From Oscillospiraceae bacterium (GTDB taxonomy: Bacteria; Bacillota; Clostridia; Oscillospirales; Oscillospiraceae), in NCBI GenBank assembly GCA_902803575.1, contig CADCQK010000259.1:1-56889 (forward strand): 56,889 nt of DNA, read 5' to 3'. A model generated the notes under the pieces. It was not told the origin of the DNA and did no database searches. It worked only from the letters and a program-made list of their open reading frames with translations. Position 1 is the stretch's first letter. Every line of letters begins with the position of its first letter. Both the position numbers and the translations under genes were made by a program. Shown here piece after piece: positions 34,716 to 43,170 of this stretch.

Positions 34716-36050
34716 TTATAGTTCCCTGATCAGGGCATCGACCGGGGCATCGGTCCGATATGCGGTTTGATAGACCGAATTGCTTGTGTCAGGCGAGATG
34801 CCGGCGTATTCCATCAGACCGTCGTAGCGCTCCCGGAATTCCCGGTCATCCAGCGGGTTTTCCGGCTCCCCTTTCGGGAAATCCACGCGGTCGGTGAAAG
34901 TGCCGTCCTTCGTGCGGATCGTGACCACCGCCGCCTGTACATCGGGGAACACGGCACTCAGCTCCGCATCCGCAGAAACCTTGACCTTTTGAGTCAGATC
35001 CAGGACCGCGGCGCCCTGCACAGCCTCCTCCGTGAACTCCTGCAAGCCCGCTTTCCCAAAGAGCAATCCCGCCGCCGTGGCGTAGGGGATGCTCATTTTG
35101 GCGCTGTAGCTGCCGGGGATCTCCGTATGGTCATGGCCGCTGACAGCGAGATCATAGGTCCGGATCGAAATCGATTCCACATCCTCCGGCTTCACCCTGC
35201 TGCGCAGATGGATCGCCGCCTCCACCGCAGGGTGGGTATAGCGGCAGGAGGCATAGGGCTTCGTATAAGACTTCATGATGGCATAGGTGCCATTCAAGAA
35301 CACCGGCTGCAATTCAACAGATTCCTTGCCGGTCATCATCTTCAGAAAGCCGCGGCCGCCCAGCGGGTCGCTGTGTCCTTTGAATCCGCTCCTGGCCAAT
35401 TGCAGCGCCGTGAGCGAAAGCAGCGCCGTCTTAGCCACATTATAGGGCTTCAGCTCACTGCCGTCATCCAGCACCTTCAACATGCCGCTGGCAGCCACAC
35501 AGGCACAGGCAAAGGCCTGAAACCGCTCCTCCTCCGAGAAGTCCAGCAGATAGGCTGCCGCCAGCGTTGCGCCCAGCGTGCCGCAGGTGCCGGTGGCGTG
35601 GTAGCCCATGGCCTTGTGCCCTGGCTGGATGGACACTGCCATGGTGTAGGACGCCTCATAGCCGGTTATCGCCGCCCGGAGCATCTCATCCACTGAAAAA
35701 CCATATCGCTGGCACAGCGGGATCAGCAAACTGAAGATCGGGCTTCCCAGATGGATGATGCCGGAGTTGGTGCCATCGTCAAAATCCAGCGCGTGCCCGT
35801 TCAGGCCGTTCAGAAAGACCGCTTCCTTCAGCACCAGATCCCTTCCGGTTCCGATGGCGCGGAAGGCGCCCTGCTCCGGCTCCGCGAAGGCGAAATAGCG
35901 ATCCAGCTTTTCTCTCTGGAATCTCGCCCCGGCGCAGGTCACAGCCAGATAATCCAGCAGGCTTCGACGCGCGCGGGCCATGACGGTCTCCGGAACCGGT
36001 TGATTCCACACGCCGTCAATGGCTTTCAAAAAATCGATCGATTGATTCAC
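34716..36050 (-). CDS. MmgE/PrpD family protein, paralog 1
   Basis: GTG start 7 nt after GGAGG. ARRSLLDYLAVTCAGA, ALDFDD and HLGSPIFSLL motifs, with the two-domain PrpD layout. Confidence 0.8.
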   Translation of the reverse strand: MNQSIDFLKAIDGVWNQPVPETVMARARRSLLDYLAVTCAGARFQREKLDRYFAFAEPEQGAFRAIGTGRDLVLKEAVFLNGLNGHALDFDDGTNSGIIHLGSPIFSLLIPLCQRYGFSVDEMLRAAITGYEASYTMAVSIQPGHKAMGYHATGTCGTLGATLAAAYLLDFSEEERFQAFACACVAASGMLKVLDDGSELKPYNVAKTALLSLTALQLARSGFKGHSDPLGGRGFLKMMTGKESVELQPVFLNGTYAIMKSYTKPYASCRYTHPAVEAAIHLRSRVKPEDVESISIRTYDLAVSGHDHTEIPGSYSAKMSIPYATAAGLLFGKAGLQEFTEEAVQGAAVLDLTQKVKVSADAELSAVFPDVQAAVVTIRTKDGTFTDRVDFPKGEPENPLDDREFRERYDGLMEYAGISPDTSNSVYQTAYRTDAPVDALIREL

Positions 36051-36102
36051 GCATCATCCTCCTGACAGTCCGTCGTCTATGCGCATGGTCAAGATGCATC
36101 TG

Positions 36103-37893
36103 TCACGGGACAGAAACCTGTACAAAATCGCTGGAGATCTGACCATAGTCGGTCTCGAACTCCACCTTCAGAAGCCATGTGCCCGAATCGTGATTCGTGA
36201 GCACATAGCCGTTGGCCTGCTCCTCCGCTGTGAGGGCGTAAGCGCGGGAAACCGCCATATAGTCCCGGCTGGTCTTCGACAGAACACCGCCGGCATTGTT
36301 GGTATCCGGGTAGCACCAGGCATACCAGGTCGGCTTTGCGTTGGAGGAGGAGAATGTGAGCTTCACATTGCCGTCCTCCAGAACCTCGGCGCCGATCCGG
36401 GTATCGACCACGAGGAAGCTGGCGGGGCGGCTCTGCCCCTCGGGCCCGGTCAGAAACACCTGATAGGATCCGCTGCTGAGATCTTCGTACCGCAGGCAAA
36501 AATCCTCCGGAATCGCCGAAACAGAGACCACTTCGCTGCCCCGTGTGAGCACGGCGCGCTCATAGCTTGCCGCGTTCATTACATCGATCTCCACCGTCTC
36601 TCCCAGGGGCCAGTTGGCCTTGTCGCCCCGTCTGGGACAGAGGTTTTCGTTCAGATGGAAGTGCTTTTCCCAGGAAGTATCCGCAGGCGGAACGTCGTTG
36701 ATCTTCGTATAGCGGTAGATATCATACCCAGCATTGAGCCAGTTGTCGTTGAATTCCCGGCGGGAATAGGTGCGGACGCGAACCTGGGGGGCGCGGGCTT
36801 CCGCTTCCACCAGGTTTATGATCCTGCCGTCCGGAGTGCGCTCCACACCGACGATCATGCAGACGTGGGAGTCCCGCTTCAGGATCATGTCCCCCAGGCG
36901 AATGTTGTCGATGCTCTGATCTTCCAGATACACCAGCCCGTCCAGCAAGCCCAGCTGATGGGTCGTATAGATGCAGGGCAGATCGTAGTTATAGCTGATG
37001 AACGACGAACACACGGAGCCATAGTAGGTGCGGCTGTTCCGCAGCTCGGAAACTCTGGTATAGAGATAGGACTTCGGGTTGCTCGCGGCGCTCAGATAGC
37101 TTTCGAAGGAGACCGCGTTGGGCACATACAGCGACTCCTGACGGGTCGAGGAATACATGACCCCATCCACCCGGGTGTCAGGCGCCACGTCCCCCTTCTG
37201 CCCCGGCAGGACCGCCCGGGTGACGATGGAGAGTTCCACGCTCTGCATGGCGCGGTCAATGGCGTTGCGCACGCCCTGGCTGTTCGGCAGGTCGTGAAAA
37301 AGATTCAGCTTCAGATCCGAGACGATGGAGCAGCCTTCAGGCAGCCGGAAATGCTCTGCGTCAAAAGCCGTTCCGTCTGCATAGCCCAGAATAAAAACCG
37401 CATAGCTCGCACCGCTGACGTCGCCGGCGCTGACGGTTCGGGACACTGCGGAAAACTCAGTTCCCCACAGGAATCGGAAATCCGAATCGAAATAGCCAAC
37501 TAAGTATTGCAGCCCGGACGCTGGGTCCCATGTGACTTCGATGGTGCCAAGAGGCCAGAAGCCGGAGCGGAGCCGATTCTCGTTAACGGTATTGTCGCCG
37601 GATCCGTTGGAGACCCGAATGCCGCCAAGAACAAAGTCATCCACCGCAAAACGCCCCGGGACCAGATTCGTTTGGTTCATATCCTGTCCCCCCGCTTCCC
37701 GGAGTACCGCAAACTGCAGCGGGTCCACCGGCGTCGGTGTGGGCGTCTGCTGTACGGGAGTCGGCGCAGTTGTCGGTTCCGCCAGCACATCGCTGGGATC
37801 CGGCTGCCCTGCCACAGGTGCAGCGGTGCCGCATCCGGTCACAAGCATTATGAGTATAATACAAAATAAAAAACAGGTAAGCTGTCTTCCCAT
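36103..37893 (-). CDS. Lipoprotein with a putative NlpC/P60-like (papain-fold Cys-His) domain
   Basis: SD GGGAGA lies 7 nt before the ATG at 37893. Lipobox LVTGC and a Pro/Thr linker. Candidate nucleophile YGSVCSSFISY (Cys310 in track numbering) and GDMILKRDSHVCMIVGV (His358). Confidence 0.55.
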   Translation of the reverse strand: MGRQLTCFLFCIILIMLVTGCGTAAPVAGQPDPSDVLAEPTTAPTPVQQTPTPTPVDPLQFAVLREAGGQDMNQTNLVPGRFAVDDFVLGGIRVSNGSGDNTVNENRLRSGFWPLGTIEVTWDPASGLQYLVGYFDSDFRFLWGTEFSAVSRTVSAGDVSGASYAVFILGYADGTAFDAEHFRLPEGCSIVSDLKLNLFHDLPNSQGVRNAIDRAMQSVELSIVTRAVLPGQKGDVAPDTRVDGVMYSSTRQESLYVPNAVSFESYLSAASNPKSYLYTRVSELRNSRTYYGSVCSSFISYNYDLPCIYTTHQLGLLDGLVYLEDQSIDNIRLGDMILKRDSHVCMIVGVERTPDGRIINLVEAEARAPQVRVRTYSRREFNDNWLNAGYDIYRYTKINDVPPADTSWEKHFHLNENLCPRRGDKANWPLGETVEIDVMNAASYERAVLTRGSEVVSVSAIPEDFCLRYEDLSSGSYQVFLTGPEGQSRPASFLVVDTRIGAEVLEDGNVKLTFSSSNAKPTWYAWCYPDTNNAGGVLSKTSRDYMAVSRAYALTAEEQANGYVLTNHDSGTWLLKVEFETDYGQISSDFVQVSVP

Positions 37894-37981
37894 CCGGCAT
37901 TCTCCCGCGGTGTATTCGAAAAAGCGGATCATCCGCATCTGATTTGTTTTTTCCGGAAACGCCGGAACCGGCAGCCTGAAA

Positions 37982-38728
37982 TCAATGCACAGACCGCGCT
38001 CTCAGGCGTCCGTAAATGCTGAACAGCTGGCGGTCCTCCACGTTTCCGGAAAACTGAAACGCATCGTCGCTCCGCGTCAGAATCATCTCCAGAGGAACCT
38101 CCGGCACCACCTCATGGCGGTAGTCGATGGCGGCGAAGGCCACCTCATACTGCCGCATGGCCTCGATCCCAAAGCTGTTGCACAGCCAGTCGGCATATCT
38201 CGCGTTGTTGACATGTCCATTGATGTCGATATCGGCGTATTGGGGCTGATGCCGAAAGCGCTTCTCTTCACCGGAAAGAGACTTGACGCCCATGGAGATC
38301 TTCACGGGCGGCACTGCCTCCTCCGCATCGGGGATCACAATGCCCCGTTCCGCCGGTGAGACCGCCTTTCTGGTGGTGCGGTCCATCAGCATCAGCAGTG
38401 AGCCGATGCGGACGATCACCGCCCCCCGCGCGTCCGTTACCAGATAGTATCTCGGACAGAACATGGAGCGGGAGCCCTTGGTGAAGGTTCGCACCGTGAC
38501 GCTTTCTCCGAGGCGCGGGTATCGATCCACATAGAGATCGGTCTTGAACAAAACCCATGAGAGATTCTGCTCGGTCAAATCATCATGCCACAGATGCATT
38601 GCAGCGCTGTGCTCGTTGGCCGTGCTCTGGGCCATCTCCAGAACGGAGCGCAGCATCCATTGGCCGTTGATGTCGCACTCACTGGTGCCAAGGTGAAATC
38701 GCTTTTCAAAAAAGGCCTGTGGATCCAT
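37982..38728 (-). CDS. Acyl-ACP thioesterase (FatA/FatB type)
   Basis: Starts MDPQAFFEKRFHLGTSECDINGQWMLRSVLEMAQ. Contains a NLSWVLFK motif and a second hotdog half with ADIDINGHVNNARY. Confidence 0.8.
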   Translation of the reverse strand: MDPQAFFEKRFHLGTSECDINGQWMLRSVLEMAQSTANEHSAAMHLWHDDLTEQNLSWVLFKTDLYVDRYPRLGESVTVRTFTKGSRSMFCPRYYLVTDARGAVIVRIGSLLMLMDRTTRKAVSPAERGIVIPDAEEAVPPVKISMGVKSLSGEEKRFRHQPQYADIDINGHVNNARYADWLCNSFGIEAMRQYEVAFAAIDYRHEVVPEVPLEMILTRSDDAFQFSGNVEDRQLFSIYGRLRARSVH

Positions 38729-38735
38729 GGTTATC

Positions 38736-40079
38736 TCACCCCCGGAGCCATTCCATCGGGTTGCAGAACGGTCGATCCGACGAAATCTCTCCGATTGCCC
38801 TCTGCAGTCCCGCAAGCTGAACCTCATCTGCGAGACCCTGGGCACATACCCGCAGCTTGGCAACGATGTCCTCTGCCGAAAGCGGATTCTCCGGGTCTCC
38901 CTTCGGCACCAGAACCGTCTGCTTCAAACGCCGGCCGCCGCTGGTCAGAATCTCGATCCTGGCGCCGCGGATGCCTCTGCTGCGATCCTCCATGGTTTCA
39001 TCCGGAATCAGCTGGATCCGGTCAATCATGGATCTGATCGAATCGGTCAGACGACCCGGCTGCATATCCTCAACACCGTAGCTGCCGTTCAGCAGGGCGC
39101 AGGCCAGCGTGTACGGGATGGAAAACTTGGTTTCATCCGGATCCCTGGGATACGGGATTCCGGCAAGCTTGATGGCATTGGGATAAATGAAGACGTTGAC
39201 CGTCCGAATCTCCTCCGCCTGCACCTGATCGTGCAGCAGGATCCCCGCGTCAATGCCGCAGTGGGTATGACGGCAGGAGGGATAGAGCTTAAAATAGCAG
39301 TCGTGCAGCAGCAGATGATCCGAGCCGCGCAGACAGCTTTCATCCACATGATCCGTCACGGCATGGAACCAGCCGTTTGGCCCCTCAAGAGACTCCGTGG
39401 GGCCAAGCATGCCTTCCCTGGCGAGCATCGCAGCGAAGATGCCGTTCTCTGCCGCCTTGCCTGGATTGAGCGGCTTGATCGCCGGTCTGGAATCTCCATA
39501 GGACAACAGGCCGCCGGACATGGTGGTGGCAAGAGCAATGGCGTTTTCAAGCCCATTCGCATCCAGGTGATACAGCCGCGCACAGGCAGCTGCACAGGCC
39601 AGAGTGCCTGCCATGCCGGTGGAGTGAAATCCGTGCTGCACCAGCCCGGGCTGCGCCGCCGAGGAGATGCGGATATACGCCTCATAACCCGCAGCGAGGG
39701 CCAGCAGCACGTCATTTCCGGTGCTGCCCAGCTTTTCTCCCAGGGCAAACACAGCGGGAATCAAATGCACGCCCGCGTGTCCGGCTGCCTTCTTGTTTCC
39801 GTCATCCAGCTCGGCGCCGTGACCATAGACAGCGTTCATAAAGGCCGCCAGTCGGGCGGGATATTTTGTTTTCTGAAAGAGCACCGTGCTCTCTGCAGCG
39901 CCGCCCTGCGCATACACCACCGTCTCCACCGCGTCGTTGAAGACCCGGTTCTGTCGATAGCCGGCGCAGGCAGCCGCGAAAAAGTCGGTGATCAGGATCT
40001 GCAGCTGCGATACATCCCGCTCTGAAAGGTTACAGATCGAAACAAGATCGCGCGCCAGTTCCGTTGTCATACCGCCCAT
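38736..40079 (-). CDS. MmgE/PrpD family protein, paralog 2
   Basis: ITDFFAAACAGY, ELDDGN, HAGVHLIPAVFAL, PSCRHTH and a PKGDPENPL motif near the C-terminus. Confidence 0.8.
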   Translation of the reverse strand: MGGMTTELARDLVSICNLSERDVSQLQILITDFFAAACAGYRQNRVFNDAVETVVYAQGGAAESTVLFQKTKYPARLAAFMNAVYGHGAELDDGNKKAAGHAGVHLIPAVFALGEKLGSTGNDVLLALAAGYEAYIRISSAAQPGLVQHGFHSTGMAGTLACAAACARLYHLDANGLENAIALATTMSGGLLSYGDSRPAIKPLNPGKAAENGIFAAMLAREGMLGPTESLEGPNGWFHAVTDHVDESCLRGSDHLLLHDCYFKLYPSCRHTHCGIDAGILLHDQVQAEEIRTVNVFIYPNAIKLAGIPYPRDPDETKFSIPYTLACALLNGSYGVEDMQPGRLTDSIRSMIDRIQLIPDETMEDRSRGIRGARIEILTSGGRRLKQTVLVPKGDPENPLSAEDIVAKLRVCAQGLADEVQLAGLQRAIGEISSDRPFCNPMEWLRG

Positions 40080-40108
40080 TGCTTGCGTTCCCTTCTGATT
40101 TAAAAAGT

Positions 40109-41380
40109 TTATGCCTTAGATTTTTTCGAAAGCTTCTTTCTCAGCTTCCGGTAATCTGCCTTATCGATGAACAGCATGGTTCGAAACGGGATCCCGGTGG
40201 TGCGGCAGAAATACACGATAAACAGGACAGAGCAGACCGCATAGGAGATGACGCTGGCGAGACCGGCGCCGTAGATTCCGGAGATTGGGATCAGGATCAG
40301 GTTTGCAACCACGTTGCTCAATACGCCGATCCCCAGCAGGACAAAGCTCACAACCTGCTTGCCCATGGCAATGTTGTAAGAGGCGATGAGCTTATAATAG
40401 ATCATCGAAAACACACCGGCGAGCAGGATCAATGTGACCTGATACGCGCCGCTGAACTCGCTGCCAAAGGCAAAATCAATGAAGGGCTTGCCCAGCGCGA
40501 TAATGCCCAGCACAATCACCAGACAAACCGTGTTGCTGATACGGATGACATACGCCGTCTCCCGGGCATCCTTGCCCTTGGCGATGTTGGAAACCATGAC
40601 GCCCTTCATGGCGTCGGGGATCATCCAGATCCGCTCCGCCAGAAGCACGCCGACGGAATACACACCGATGGCTGCATCCGCCACACGGCCGTTGAGCATC
40701 AGGACGTCTACCCGATAATTCAGGGTGGTCATCAGCAGAGAGAGCATCGGGAAAAAGCCGAATTTCACCAGCTTCGGGATCCAGATCTTCAAAGACTCCG
40801 AGGGGACAAAAAACCGCTTTCTCCACCAGCCGGTATAGATGAGTGCCTTGGCGACGTCCTTGATGGTGATGACAAACACACCGATGACGAAGGTGGGCTT
40901 CGCTGTGATCCAGAGGATGACCAGGATCACCAGCTCTGCGAACACCACGGCCATGTCTGAGACGCTTCGCTTGTTCGGCACCTCAATCAGCGTGATGTAA
41001 GAGACGATCTTATCGTAGGTCAGCAGCGGCGTGAGAATCAATACGGCGATGTATTTCGCAGGCAGGTCCATCACGGCGATCGCCGCCGCCGAAATTGCCC
41101 CGTAGAAGAGCAGCAGCAGCAGCGAGAGCTTCATGAAGATGGGCATGATATCCACATCGCTGTTGCGCTTGAAGTAGGGATAGGCGTGATAGATGCCCAG
41201 ACCGAACACGATGGAGGTGATGCTGACGATGCTGTTGACCGTCGCCACCTGCCCCTTAATCTCCGCGCCGAGGTATCGGGACTGGAAGATGGTGAAAACC
41301 AGGCCCACCACAACGCCGAACACTTTCGATATGACGGATAAGGAATATGCGTTTGTGAAGAACTTTTTAATTCCGCTCAT
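40109..41380 (-). CDS. Polysaccharide flippase (Wzx, MOP superfamily)
   Basis: About 12 predicted TM segments. N-terminus SVISKVFGVVVGLVFTIFQSRYLG is typical of the Polysacc_synt family. Confidence 0.8.
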   Translation of the reverse strand: MSGIKKFFTNAYSLSVISKVFGVVVGLVFTIFQSRYLGAEIKGQVATVNSIVSITSIVFGLGIYHAYPYFKRNSDVDIMPIFMKLSLLLLLFYGAISAAAIAVMDLPAKYIAVLILTPLLTYDKIVSYITLIEVPNKRSVSDMAVVFAELVILVILWITAKPTFVIGVFVITIKDVAKALIYTGWWRKRFFVPSESLKIWIPKLVKFGFFPMLSLLMTTLNYRVDVLMLNGRVADAAIGVYSVGVLLAERIWMIPDAMKGVMVSNIAKGKDARETAYVIRISNTVCLVIVLGIIALGKPFIDFAFGSEFSGAYQVTLILLAGVFSMIYYKLIASYNIAMGKQVVSFVLLGIGVLSNVVANLILIPISGIYGAGLASVISYAVCSVLFIVYFCRTTGIPFRTMLFIDKADYRKLRKKLSKKSKA

Positions 41381-41415
41381 GAACTGCTCCTTGCTGTCGC
41401 TCCGGCGATGAATGC

Positions 41416-42885
41416 TCAGGCAAGGGCGATCAGCTGCTTTCTGTCGACCTTACCGTTGTAGGTTCTGGGGATCTCCGTAAGCGGCTCGATGAACTTCGGC
41501 ACCTTATAGGCCTCCAGCTTGGCCGCCAGGAACTCCGCGATCTCTACAGCGTCGAAGCTGCAGCCGTCCTTCATGACGACGAACATCTTCAGGCTTTTCC
41601 CGAACATATTGTCATCAAAGGGGATGCAGGCGCAGTCGGCCACCTTCTCAAACCGAAGGAGCATATCCTCCACCTCGGTGGGCGCCACCTTGAATCCGCG
41701 GATGTTGACAACATCATCCCCTCTGCCGGCAAAGTGCAGACAGTGTCTGTCATCAAAGAACATCAGATCTTTGCCGTAGATGTATCCATCCTTCAGCACC
41801 GAGGCAGTCAGCTCCGGCTCATGATAGTAGCCGAGCATGTTCATATCGCTCTTAGAGCAGATCAGGCCTTCTTTGAAGGGCTCGGTGATCTCATTTCCGT
41901 TCTCGTCCAGGAGCTTCACTTCCACCGACGGATACGGCACGCCCAGGCTGTTGATGGTCTCCCCCGGCGCGTTGTACTGGCAGTTGCAGATGCTGCCGGT
42001 CTCACTGCTGCCGTAGCCCTGGTGAAGCCTGGTGTCCGGCAGAAGCTCCATGAGCGTCTCAATGTCCTTCGTGGGGAAGGGCGCGGAGGCAGTGTAAACA
42101 AACTCCAGCTTGCCGTTGAGTGCGGCCAGCTGCTTTTTAGCAAGGGTGATCAGCATCTTCACAGAGGCCGGCGGCAGATAGGTGTGGGTTACCCCATACT
42201 GATTGGCCAGCTGGAAAAACGCGCGCAGATTCTGCACCCCGTCCAGCAAGATCACGGTGCAGCCAACCGCCATGCACTGGTGTACCCGGTGCAGACCGCC
42301 CACATGGTTCAGCGGCGTGGTCACCAGGAACACAGAGTCCTCTTTGAGGCCGAAGGAAGGGTTGATCGCCGCCATATAGGCCTCAAGGCATTTGGAGGAG
42401 AGCATGACGCCTTTGGATTTTCCGGTGGTGCCGGTGGTAAAGATAATCTCCGAGCAATCCGGAGAGACCCCTGCCGGCGTCCAGTCGAAATCCGTCTCAC
42501 GGTCCATATCCACATCAGCAGCGGAGATCCAGTGAAACTCTCCTGCAGGCTGCTCGGGTGAGATCACAAACGCCGCATCCACAAAACCCGCGATATCGGA
42601 AAGACGGTCCACCGGGGCGCGGTTCTCCGCCGGGATATGCACAGCGCCGATGCCCAGCAGCGCATACTCGCAGACGATGTATTCCGCGCTGGGCGTGGCC
42701 ATGGACAGCACATGGCTGCCGGGTTTTACGCCTTTGGAAAGGAACCAGGCCGCTGCGGAACTGATTTTTTGATACAGCTCCTGATAGGTAAGGCACGCGT
42801 CGCCGACGACGAGCGCAAGCTTCTCCGGGGTCTCAATGGCATGCTGCCGGATCAGCCCGGTAACTGACAAGTGTTCCGCGTTCAT
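41416..42885 (-). CDS. ANL-superfamily adenylating enzyme (acyl/aminoacyl--carrier-protein or CoA ligase)
   Basis: SD GAGGTGA lies 8 nt before the ATG at 42885. AMP-binding motifs IIFTTGTTGKSKGV, YGSSETG and GKVDRKQL. Confidence 0.85.
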   Translation of the reverse strand: MNAEHLSVTGLIRQHAIETPEKLALVVGDACLTYQELYQKISSAAAWFLSKGVKPGSHVLSMATPSAEYIVCEYALLGIGAVHIPAENRAPVDRLSDIAGFVDAAFVISPEQPAGEFHWISAADVDMDRETDFDWTPAGVSPDCSEIIFTTGTTGKSKGVMLSSKCLEAYMAAINPSFGLKEDSVFLVTTPLNHVGGLHRVHQCMAVGCTVILLDGVQNLRAFFQLANQYGVTHTYLPPASVKMLITLAKKQLAALNGKLEFVYTASAPFPTKDIETLMELLPDTRLHQGYGSSETGSICNCQYNAPGETINSLGVPYPSVEVKLLDENGNEITEPFKEGLICSKSDMNMLGYYHEPELTASVLKDGYIYGKDLMFFDDRHCLHFAGRGDDVVNIRGFKVAPTEVEDMLLRFEKVADCACIPFDDNMFGKSLKMFVVMKDGCSFDAVEIAEFLAAKLEAYKVPKFIEPLTEIPRTYNGKVDRKQLIALA

Positions 42886-42917
42886 GTTTCCGATCACCTC
42901 TCCAAAACCAACTGGAA

Positions 42918-43154
42918 TTATTTTGCCTGCAGGGTCTCGATCATGCGGGCCATCGCGTCCACAGAATTGAAGTTCTCAGGCACGATCTCATCGATAGAGA
43001 TCTCAACGCCGAATTTTTCGCTCAGCGTCGTGATTAGGAGCATCAGCTCAAAGGAGTCGATGTAACCGCCCTCGATGATGTTGGTGATACCATCCAGGTT
43101 CTTGGTGGGTTTTACGTCATGCAGGATCTGCAAAACCTGTTCACGAGTCGTCAT
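42918..43154 (-). CDS. Standalone acyl/peptidyl carrier protein, DltC-like
   Basis: 78 aa. Phosphopantetheine site GGYIDSFELMLLI (Ser34). The overall pattern resembles D-alanyl carrier proteins. Confidence 0.8.
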   Translation of the reverse strand: MTTREQVLQILHDVKPTKNLDGITNIIEGGYIDSFELMLLITTLSEKFGVEISIDEIVPENFNSVDAMARMIETLQAK

Positions 43155-43170
43155 GGGAATTACCTCCGAT

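Noticed and set aside
32218-34770. 850-aa plus-strand ORF
   Set aside because: It runs antisense across three well-supported minus-strand genes (unknown enzyme, decarboxylase, AKR). This is the typical stop-codon-poor antisense frame of GC-rich coding DNA.
37918-37936. Internal terminator between the thioesterase and lipoprotein genes
   Set aside because: GCGGAT-N-ATCCGC plus T5 on the minus strand gives only about a 5-bp stem with a 3-nt loop. That is too weak to call, although it may act as a mild attenuator at most.
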